In this document: positions 52,634 through 64,000 of the stretch, in pieces
Position numbering within the stretch: position 1 is the first letter of the stretch
Layout: each line of letters begins with the position of its first letter
Assembly: GCA_964016885.1 (NCBI GenBank)
Contig: OZ024742.1
Coordinates: 175,956,001-176,020,000, forward strand
DNA: 64,000 nt
Source of the DNA: Eledone cirrhosa
Lineage: Eukaryota
Reading direction: 5' to 3'
The notes under the pieces: generated by a model
Databases searched by the model: none
Seen by the model: only the letters and a program-made list of their open reading frames with translations
What the model was told of the DNA's origin: nothing
Translations under genes and position numbers: made by a program

Positions 52634-55600
52634 GCAGGATATTTACCAAAAAACATGAACTAAAGTTTGACCATATTTCATTAGTTGGAGAAAGAACACA
52701 TAAGCTACAAATGACTACAATATTTAGAACATTCACATTCTGTAAAACATTATTAAGAATAAAAATATGAATGAAAGCATAAGAGATGACAGAAATTTCC
52801 TTTATTTTCTAACCTTGCTGCCAGGAAGAAGGCCAGTCAAAAGGAAACTCAAAATTAAGAGAAAGGAATAGACATATAAACACACATACAAAAATTCTGA
52901 AAATAAATCTTTCACCACTCACAAGTATTGTCACCTCATTCAGGTAATTTTCTAACACTATATACATTAGTATTTAAAAAAACCCCCATCAAAAAGAAAA
53001 AAAAAACAGCAGTGATTTCGAAGTTTTGGCAAAGGGACTAATTCTAAAATGGGAATAGATAAATATGGATATGACTTATCATTTTTTAAGTCTGTTCTTC
53101 CATGTTGGTATGGGTTGTATGGGAATGTTTGATGTAGTTTTACAGCCAGGTGCTGTTTCCTGGCAGCAACCCTTTTAGTCACCTCTGACAACATGCAGAC
53201 CTATTCTAAAAACAGCTATACATACACATATATACAATCCCATATTGATTTATATTGATTTATTCATAACCCAGGTTGTATTGATACTATAGCAAGCATA
53301 TATTTAAAAGCCATCTTCCACATTGCCAATTACATTGACACAGATAGATACAGTCAGTTTATTAAGCTAAACATAAAATATATACTAACTCTAGATAATT
53401 TAGAATGCATTTTTTCATACTAAAAAATATCAATTTCTGTTTTGTTTTTTGCAGCAGTAATGCTTTATTTTAAATAAGCAGAAAAATAATAAAATCATGT
53501 AGAAATTGGGGGGGGGGGGGGGGGGGGGATTTTTAAAAAATATTATTTCCTAAAAATAAAATGAAAGCATCTATATTTGAAAATGGAATATTTCATATTA
53601 CACTACTTCCTACACTTTGTAAGGAAAGAAAAAAAGCAATATTTGCATGGGAACAACATCTGACTGTGTAATATAACATTCATATACACACATTTACATA
53701 TATAAAATTTTAACAACAAAAAGTTTAAATACCAACAACTACAACATTTTTAACATAACTTTTAATAGGTTCTGAGATAATTTGTGTGGGAGGAAAATAA
53801 AATATAAAATAAAATTAAAAATTAAACATAAACATTTACCATATGTTAATATTGAATAGGAATATGGAAAAAATATATAGATATGGTGAGTATGTAATAG
53901 GGAGAAAATAGGTGTAATGCCCCTGAAAATCGAGTGTTAACAAGCATAATTATCTGCTCCAGACTTATTTGTTTTTATTTGATATTACAGGGGGTGAACA
54001 TAAGTGACATTGGTTACAAGGTTCCAATGAGCCAATCATTGGTTCACTGCATTTATTATGAAGGATGGGTTGGGCCTGCATAAGTTTCAACAAAATATAT
54101 TCCCTATATTCAAACAATGTGCACAAAATGTATCTCAGTTTTTCAATCAAAGGAGACAGCTTGCTCATAAAATTTGCATGTAAGAGTGGCTGAGCATTAC
54201 TCAGAATTGTGTAATATTTATGGAATTTTCAGAAACATTCAGCATGACAGTGAGTGACAAATATAACTCTTTGAATTAAAGGTACAGTCCATCCAACTGA
54301 CTTCCTAACAGTTTCTGTCTAACCAATTTCACTCACAAGGCATGAGTTTAGTAAATGACACCTGCTCAAGACTATAGTAAATGACACCTACTCAAGATGC
54401 CACAAAATGGGATCAAACTCAGAACCTAATGATTGCAAAAGGAACCTCTTAACTATACAGCCATGTTGCGAACACAACCATAGAAAACACTAACTACACA
54501 GGAATACGGCTTGATTATTGCAGATATGTCAATTTTTTGGGCATCTCTAATACTAGTTTACCGATTTATTCAACTATTTTACAGTCATTACAGTGCAATC
54601 AGAATAGACTCATCATATCTTTGGACAAACTAATGAAGTGGATTAGCTTTGTCATTTCAATAGCCTGTCTGTTAATATATTTGTACCCTTGATTGGTGTC
54701 TTTATTTGATACATCTGAACATACCAACATTTTATCTCCAAACCCCCTTTTTTTATCTAGAGTAGGTTCTAGAACTATTCAATATAAAGAACAATGAAAA
54801 TTTAAATATGAAAACTGCAAAGCAATATTGTAAAAATTATATATTGCAAATGATGTAATACATTTGTTTATTGTGTAAGTATTAATGAATGCTAAACTAA
54901 TTGATAAGAGCCTTGCGCAATCTAAATTCTCTTGTTTCGCCAATAAACACTCAATACTTCATGTCTTAAAGAGAAGTCATAGCAAGAGAAGTTGTTAGCA
55001 GGAATACCCAGTGTAGCATATAAAGCTGACTGACATAGATTCAAGAAGTTAGGAGATTCTTTAAAGTCTTTAAATTTGCAGTTTTATAGTATGCTGAAAA
55101 ATTTTAGAAACTTCTCGAGATTCTTTGATATCATAAATGTTTCAGGGTTTACATTCTGTTGATAGTCATGTCTCATCAATTCAGAATCAGAGTTATGCAT
55201 CCATATGTTTTGTCACTTACCAAGGTAATCCCTAGTAGAGCTGGATTATAATGATAATGTATCTAGGACCACATTATACACATTTTTTACCTCTCTTTAT
55301 AACAACAAAGTGTATTTTCAAAAGATGCCTACATTTGTTTAGTCAAGTACTCTGCCATACACAAGCTGAAACCTTCTGCAATGTTGTATTACTAGAGACA
55401 TTCTTAAGATGATGTAATCAGCAAGGTAGACAGTTATAAAGTGAATTGACACAATCAAAATCAAACTCGAGTCAATATATAATGCTTGCATGTATAGTGT
55501 ATGCTGTTGAAATTGTGACAGCCATAGAAACCATGCCAAATATGGAATGTATAAGAAAGATGTGCCACACTACTCCATCTGGGCTCAAACTATGACAAAA

Positions 55601-58600
55601 TATCCAACCCATGCCAGCATGGAAAGTAGACTTAAAATGTACATGACACTATCTTCAACAGGCATCTGTGATTGTTGTGTATGGGAGAAATTTGTTCATG
55701 ATGCTGTGGAAGGCCAGGTTGGAATCAGTTCAACTTATCTTGGGTTAATGCAAACACAAGTCCATGAAGAATTAATAAGTTTTCTTGAACATTTGACTGT
55801 TATATCTAGCAAGCCAAGTGACCACATAGAGCCACCACCCCACAAAGCTTCATGCATCAATTTCATTTTTAGTATACACTGTTATTATTCTGTTTCTTAA
55901 TTTTAGTCTGATTTATCATTATAAAGTTAATTAACAATCAAGGCTAATAAGGTTTTTTTTTCAGAATGGAAAATGTGAACACGAAAGATGTCTCATCAAT
56001 ATTTTCACAAGTAATTAATTTATTAAATGAATAATCAAACTAGTAATGAACTAATCAAGTGATTAAAAAATTTCAATTGGAAACTTTTTGGAGTGTTTTT
56101 CTTTATGGAAACAAAAAGTTTCAGTTTGAAAGTTTGTATTTTAGTTTTTTCTCATACAAAAAACAAAGTCTCTGGTTATACAAATTTCTGATAGAGAATT
56201 TAAAAACAAAATCAAAAAGGAAAATAATTCAAACAATTCATTTGTCTAGTTGTATTGATGATGATTTTACATCCCATACTTATGTAGCTAGTTTCCTATG
56301 AGGTTGCATCTCAAAGGAAGCTTTTTGGGTGTTCTAATTTGGGCCCCTTCCTCCTCAGCCCTATCAAGAAGAGAATCCCTACTAGTTAGAGCACCAGGCT
56401 GTTGCAGGGGTTAATTCCTAGATGTTGCTGGCATTCTTTTCTCTCTAGGCGAGTGGATTGGTGCAATGTGAAAAAAAGTATCTTGTTTAAGGATGCAATG
56501 TATATAACCCAGTCCAAAATATGAACCAAACATGTTATTACTCCGCGTTCAACATCCTAACCACTAAGCTACATCCTTCACTAACAGTTGTACTGGTAAA
56601 TTATCAAACATATTCAAGTGATCTATATGTGACCTAAGAAACAACTATTATAGAATTATTCCTAGTAACAAAATAGTTACGTTCTTGCACATCCTCTGGT
56701 GTACAGGACAGCGCATAACTAGTAATAGATGTGTGACAATGTGCAATAGAAGCTCCAAAACACTGCTATTAGACCCAGGCTAGATGTGAAATAGAGGCTC
56801 TGAAACATTGGCAATATACTCAGATAATAGGTTTGATGTAAAATGGGTGCTGCAAAACTTTGATAACAGACCCAGGCCAGATGTGAAATATAGGCATTAT
56901 TTCAAGCTGCTCATTAAGTATTTTAGCAATTATAGTTGAATATATGATATATGTATGGACTATGTGTGTATACATATAGCGCACATGGTTACAGAAAATT
57001 TTCTAAATCGGAAGAGCTGGTGTTACAATAAAATGCAGAGTGGTTTATGTAAAGGGATAATGTGCACCCTGTGCCTCCTGCAAAGTATTTGGCATTAAGA
57101 GCATCAGCCGTAAAAAAGCCATGTCAAAATATGGAATATATAATCCATCTGGTTTTAGACTATGATGACCTGCCCAATGCATGCTAACATGGAAAGCAAA
57201 AATAAAATGATGATGATAGAGCAGAATTTGATGTGAGTAAGCACCTTCAAAATTACAGACCCATGATAACTGGCCAGCTTGCCTCCTCTTGACGTAACCT
57301 GTTGGTGAATAAAGAATAAAATAGAGAACATAATAATCACTGTTACGGGTGTAAAATCACTTGAAAAAGTACAGAGTACCTTCTTAGGCATCTCTAGCTT
57401 TGGCAACACCAAAATTTGACAAACTGTGCCAGAGCTTCCAATGCTATAAATGTTGATCCAAATGACATGTAGAACACATGATCAACTTTACCAACCAAGT
57501 CCTTTCCTATGTATCCTTGTGGTGATTTTGGAACCAGAAAATAGGGTTAGATAGGAAATCAAATGTTTGGTGCAATAACATTTACGCATCTGTTCTAGGA
57601 TCTGGCATCTACTGATGGTGCTGACCACCATATTTGGAAGTAATTTATAGCATGTGTGTTCTGTGAAATCCAAGACAAATCTATCCCAGGATCTGACCAC
57701 TACTGATAACACACTGACTTCTGCATCTGGAAGTTGTTTACAGCAGGACTCTATCTATGAAATTCCCCTAGAATAGTGTATTAGGTGATTTTATCATGGC
57801 ACCACCACTAGGGAAATTGTCAACTATAGTCCTCTTGACACTTTGTTTAGCAATTCTTTTAACACTGGATGCTTTTCCTATTATCAATGACTTTACACAG
57901 CACATTGGGTTTGTTTTATCATAGCACAAGCAATAAAGAAGTTGTGCCCTTAACACTGGTGGTGCTGACTTCTACATCTGGAACTACCTTATAGTAAGTA
58001 GGTCTCAGTCTTCTATGAAATCCAAGACTTGCCTGTCCTGATATTTATCAGTTTATTTGGTCAAAACTCCCACAGAAATTCTTGATATTCAATAACAAAT
58101 ATTACAGTGAGGGTTTTCCCAACCAAAAGTGTGTATGCTAGCAACTGGAGAATGCCACAAAAACCTCTTCAATGAAACCCTATCATGTATTCAAGTGCAA
58201 ATCAGAATACAAAGCCTCAATACAGTTTTCTTAACACCGCTCTAGTAACTTTCTAACAGAAATGTCTTCTGTAATACTTCAATGTTTAACATCTGTTTTC
58301 CCTGATAGGAAGTGCTAGATAGGTTCTCATAGGCCAGGTCAGTATCCAGCCAGAACTACTAATCTTCCAGATGAGTGGAGGTTAGCATACATCACACATG
58401 TTTGTGCACTCTATAGAGTAGTGTACTTTTTGCATTTTCTTATGGCACTAGCACCAAAGAAATTGTCATGTTTTTGAAACAAATGAAGAGTCCTCTTGAC
58501 ACTTTGTTCAGCAAGATTCTATTGTTGAATGCACCACTTTCTACTACCAATCACTTTACAGAGCATATTTAGTGTTTTATAATAGCAGAAACACTAAAGA

Positions 58601-58654
58601 GGTTGCCATGCCCTTAACATAATGCAAGAGTCCTCCCGACCCTATATATATATA

Positions 58655-58697
<43 letters not shown>

Positions 58698-58959
58698 ATT
58701 TGTATGATGAATTATTATTATTCATCTGTTGCCTCAGCTGCCTCTCATTTTTCACCTCCTGACTATTTCTCTCTCCCATATCTCTCTCTATCTCTCTCTG
58801 TTTTTCTTTACATACATTTCTGCCTTTTCTCCGTCTTTCTTTCTAACTGTGCTTAACACTAAATATTTATAACATTTCACTACCAAACCAACTTCTCAAA
58901 TGGAAGTTGATCAATATTTATGGTACGTCAAATTTATTTATAAAACTGCTTATATATTG

Positions 58960-59025
58960 TATTTTATCTGAAGAAGGCATGCCATATTTTTAATATGGTA
59001 TCCCTGAAATATGTATAATGAAATA
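58960..59025 (+). ncRNA. Minimal type I hammerhead (family B) in a TA-flanked element at ~58697-59068
   Basis: tattttat CTGAAGA aggcatgccatatt-ttt-aatatggtatccct GAA ATATGTAT A atgaaata. Confidence 0.75.
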
Positions 59026-61163
59026 AATATGGTTTTATAAATATAGTTTCCATTTGTTTAATATCGTATATATATATATATATATATATATACATACACA
59101 TACATAGCTTGTTTCAAGATACAATACGTTTAGCAAGTACTTTTATAGATTTCCCATGTGTATATCTATGTGTATGTTTTTGATAAATATTTAAACAAAA
59201 GCAACTGAAGGGTTGATTACATACTTTTTACTTATAGTTCTTCCTATCTAAGCTTTTCAGTTTTCAATATTGTATTTTTTGTCTTGATTATTGGGTGTCA
59301 GAAATATCAGCCACAATCTAAAGTTACTGTCTTTTCAATTATTCATGGTCATTATTATGGCCAATTCATATCACATAAAGAAATAGCCAATAACCAGTGT
59401 CTTATTACACATCTATCAGTTTATAACAGAATGGTCTTGCCTTTTTGTCATCTTTGACAGAAACCATTTATTTTCTAAGTGAAATGTTTTCACCAAACCT
59501 CAATTTTTTTCCTTCTGTCTATCTATCATCTGCTTATATGAACAGTTAAGTGTTGCTGTAATCAAGGACAGTACTCATTCTGCGACATAAATCACTGTCA
59601 TGGAAAGATTCATTAAATGTTGAGATATGTTTAAGAATGATTCAATATTAAAAGGCAAAAAAGTAAGTGTTTATGGCTTGACTAATAAAGAGAATAGCGT
59701 AGTAATTCTATTAGTAACAAATGAGAGGTTTAGTGAAATATTGCCAATGACAGTCTGTAGATGTATCAAATGATGAAGATGTTAGATAAATTAACTTCAC
59801 ACAGTAAACCATATAAGGAGCATGGTTATTACCATCATTTAATGTGCATCTTTCCAATTAACAATAGCTGGACAGATTGTCAGAGATCGAGTTAGTCCTC
59901 AATCGGAACCACCAATCTCACAATTTACAGGGACGTTTTCATGTCTTTAGCACAAATGAGGAGTCCTCTCTACACTTTGCATGACAAATTACATATGGCT
60001 GGATGGCCTTCCTATCTTCAAACCATTTTATAGAATGTACCGGGTGCATTTAGCATGTCATTAAAACTAGAGAGGTTGCCATGCTCCTGACACAATTGAA
60101 GAGTTCTCTCAATCTATTTTTGGAATGATTTCTACAACTGGAATGCCCTTCTTATCACCAACCACCTTACAAGGTGTTCTGGTTGAGGTTTTGTGGCACC
60201 AACCTACCACTTTGTATTGTTTATTGGGTGTATCCTATGGTACCAGCACTAGATACATTGTTTCATTGTCATCAAATATGGAAGAATCCATTCAAAACCT
60301 ATACTTTTTCCCATCACCAAACTTTCACCTCTGGTCTCATTACCATGCAGCCTCAGACAGCCTGTTTAGCCTCAGACAGCCAGCCTGTTCTTCAATCTAA
60401 AAGAAAATCTTTTGCTCCCAGCAGAGGTAATAATTACTGAAACTATTTTCACCCTGTTTTTATTTTGGCTACTATGCCATATGTACACCCATTTCCACTG
60501 TTGATAAGAGAACACAAGTGCATCCAAGCTAGCTAGCCAAGAGATATATCACTGTCACTTTTACATTTCCATAATAACATTGATTTGAAGGAGATTGGGG
60601 AACAGGAAGGCATATTTTTAATGAAAGGCTGCCTATTATTTTCAAATCATTTAAAAAATAATCAAGAATGTAGAGGGATTTAGTAATACAAGCTGGTGTT
60701 TGGAATGTTACTTAATGATCCTTCAACAAAATTATGATGGAATGATTTAAAACAAATATGCTTCAAAACAAATAGTTTTGTATCATACAACCTTGGAAGG
60801 TTTCAGTTAGGTTGGTGACAAATGTGTCAAATACTTAGCAAAATGAAAATACAGTTTATATTATTGAAGCATATTTTAATATTAAAACAGCTTGAAAATA
60901 ATTGGATGAAGACTATTTAATGGTTTCGTATTGCATCAGAAACTGTCAGTTATGACAGAAAATTGGGGAGATTAATGTTTAATAAAAATAGAAACACAAC
61001 TCCAAGAATTTAGCTGAGAAAATGTGAATGAAAATGCTTGATCTAAGGAAATTTATAAGTAGTTAATCTCAAAACTTGTTTGAAGAATAGAATACAAAGA
61101 TGCAAAGCTACATGCACATTTGAAAGGAGGCACTTATGTAACTCCCATTCCTGGCATAATAAT

Positions 61164-61338
61164 TGTTTCTACTTTTGGCACAAGGCCTGCAATTGCCCAG
61201 TACATTACTTTATTTTATCAACCCCGTAAGGATGAAAGGCAAAGTTAACCTCAGCGGGATTTGAACTCAGTCCATAAAGGGACATAACTATGCTAGAAAG
61301 CATGGCATCCGACTCTACTGATACTGCCAATCCACTAC
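61164..61338 (-). mobile_element. Meta-domain SINE with 14-bp target-site duplication
   Basis: Reverse complement of the 13458 family; cctggcataataat at 61150-61163 and 61339-61352. Confidence 0.8.
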
Positions 61339-62119
61339 CCTGGCATAATAATACAGCACAATTTGTTTTAAAGTGTTTATATTTATTTAAAATTCTTCCA
61401 TCATAACGTAAGAGCCTTTATTACGTTTTACTCCAAACACTAGCTTTATAAAGAGAAAGTTAGTTATATTACTAATCCTTTTCAAGTTCTTCACTAATTT
61501 CAAGGTGATTTGAAAATTTGTGTATTTCATTAGAAATATGATAATGAAAGGGTTAACTAACACAATAGATACATTTCATGTAACATTCCTGAGCAGTATC
61601 ATCCCTCCTCTGGCTAACTGCTAGATGTAGTTTAATAACAAAGTTTATATTATTAAATACATCTTGGTTATTATTGGTTATTTTCAAAATTATTTGAAAG
61701 TTGTAGGCAGTGTCTTTCATTAGAAATATGATAACAAAAAGATTAAATCACAGAGCTTTTGACTGGAACTTATTTTATGAGGCAGAAAATGAAAAATGAT
61801 GATCACAAAAAAATGCTTAGAAAACTTAAAAGAGAAAAACTGGGAATAAGAAAAAGCAAGTGAGAGGGTTGAACTGGTAAGGATATGTAATCCATATGGA
61901 TGATGATCATTGGGTAATATGGGAAGGAGTTCTGATTGGAAGGAAGCTGCAGATGATGAAGACTAAGGAAACAAGGAAGTTGTGAATGTGAATCTCAGAA
62001 TGCTGAAGCTCAGAAAGGAGATGATAAGAAAGAAACAAGTAGAGAGATGTTATACAGGAGAAGACTCCTCTAATCCACAGAAACAAGGAAAAGTGGACAT
62101 AAAAACGATCTTTGTTTTT

Positions 62120-62830
62120 ATGACTGGTTTTCTATGCTTTCATAGGTTTGACAGGTCCTCTTTGGCACAGAATACTTACACTTGCCTCTTTCCTATGTCA
62201 TCTCTCATGACAGAGTTTATTGAAACCAGCTTTACTATCTCTGCCCACAGCTTTCTTGGTCTTCCTCTGCTACAACCTCCTTCCACTTGGAATTCCTGGC
62301 ACATCTTCACCAAAGAATCAACTATGCATGTTACATGTCTGCACCAGCACAATCTCCCCTGCATGCCACATATGCTCAGTTTTTTCTGTCAACTCATTTA
62401 TGCTCCATTGTTTATACACAATAATATTACACATCCAAGAGAACATTCTGAATTTGCTTCTCTCCCACCTCTATTTTCACTGCTCATATCTCACTGTCAT
62501 GCAACATCACATTTTGCACCCAAGTATCATACAGTTTCCCTTTGATCAGTGAGAGAGAACCCCTTTGTTGCCAACAGAGACAGAAGCTTCTTGAACATTT
62601 CCTTCATTGTTCTTATTCTAGCTACTACATGTGCAGAGCAATCTTTTCTACAATTAATTAGGTCACCCAGGTGACTGAAGCTATCAACTTCTATAGAGCC
62701 GTCACCAGATTGCAAAAAGAAATTATTTCATGGGTGATCATACAATTAAATACATATATGCATCTTCCACAGACGAACTTTACTGTTAGCCTGGCTACAA
62801 TCTTTATGTACTCATATTCGGCATTGAGTA
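62120..62830 (-). mobile_element. Decayed RTE LINE 3' fragment
   Basis: VDSFSHLGDLI..ARIR..FKKLLSLLATKGFSL; GRPRKLWAEIV. Confidence 0.8.
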
Positions 62831-63289
62831 CATGATGAATAGATATCACTTTTGCTTTTATAGAGTTTCAACACAAGAACTTCAACCATGCTGATGGAAA
62901 TCTTAATTCTCTCATCTATTAAGTTTGGATTTTCGAGGATAAGTGAATTACTTTTACCTTTTTAATATTTGATTAGCCTGCACAATTTGGGACAGAAATA
63001 ATTAAAAACAGATAACATTTCTTAATTAGGGCTCAATCTTTGGCAACTTTAAATATATTTATGTACAGACATGACTGTATGGTTAAGGATTTCACTTCCC
63101 AACCATGTGTTTTCAGGTTTAGTCCCACTGCATGGAACCTTGAGCAAGTGCTTTTACTATAACTTTGGGTTGACAAATAATTACTTAGACTTAGAAGCTC
63201 CTGCATCTTGAGATACATGAGGCAGTTAAAGTGCTACAATGAACACTGTCAGTTGCATCTATTAATACATTGTTCCAACTTTAGTTGGC

Positions 63290-63740
63290 GGGTTTCAGGT
63301 TCCTATCAACTGTTTGCCACACAGTTCATTTTGGGATGTTTTCTTCTCTTCTTTCCATTGGGCTACTAAACAGGACCTGATTAGCATGTCTCTCAAATTG
63401 ATGTTTTCACATGATGTTAGACACACATTGTTGGGTTCATTGATACATTTCTTTGTTGTTGATGTCATTTTACCAGATGTCAAGGCTTTTGTGTAGGCAT
63501 TTACTGTCAAAAGCATCTATTTGGTTCTCTTGTCTGGTCTTCACACTCCAGATTTTGCACCCATACAGGAGTGTTGAAAGCACATTGCTGTTGTATAATA
63601 TCATCCTGGTACCAAGCAAAATATTTTACTACACCAGTTCTTGTTGAGTTGCTTAGAAGGCAGCTAAAGTTTTGACTATTTTGCAATTAATTTCTTTCAC
63701 CATGTTCCCACTTCTGTTGATAGAGCTTCCAGGGTAGATG
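63290..63740 (-). mobile_element. Decayed LINE fragment of a different RTE-type family
   Basis: Reverse strand reads YNSNVLSTLLYGCKIW and FIYPGS-like motifs. Confidence 0.6.
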
Positions 63741-64000
63741 AAGTATTCCTCACAGATATTAACCATTTCAGGACCATATTTTCAATGAAATAAACTATCT
63801 CAATTATTTAATGAAGAGTTGTGAAGAATTTACTAAAATTGTTAATTACTAAGATAGTATCTTAAATGTCTTCTTCACCTACTTATCCCTAAGATGATCA
63901 TGGGGGCAGAGAGACCTATAAGAAGCAACTGTATCCAAATGATTCAGCTGGGTCCCCAAGCAAGACCAATGAAACCTTTGGATTTTATCCAACCATCTCG

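Noticed and set aside
53508-53528. ~21-nt poly-G run
   Set aside because: Could form a G-quadruplex, but it is an isolated homopolymer with no context and its length is unreliable.

Overview
AT-rich, microsatellite-dense eukaryotic DNA with no host protein-coding exon that I can support. The repeat content (tRNA-headed CORE-like and Meta-domain SINEs, RTE LINEs with (ATG)n tails, huge (TA)n tracts) looks invertebrate, most plausibly octopus/cephalopod; that assignment is an inference. Identifiable coding DNA is all transposon-derived: decayed RTE LINEs, CR1-group LINEs (one with a stop-free 841-aa EN/RT ORF), a decayed Tc1/mariner, and four Penelope-like elements (PLEs; RT and/or GIY-YIG). 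The main unannotated signal is RNA-level. Between about 18.5 and 59 kb I can hand-fold about 19 type I hammerhead ribozyme (HHR) motifs from about 9 unrelated sequence families, almost all in elements bounded by (TA)n tracts. They include a 2.2-kb palindrome of five near-identical 458-bp HHR units (retrozyme-like), a 707-bp HHR tandem dimer, several 'tail-out' inverted pLTR structures, and HHRs with non-canonical cores (A4, C4, and a compensatory U3:A8 with C4). All folds were read by eye, not computed, and no activity is shown.
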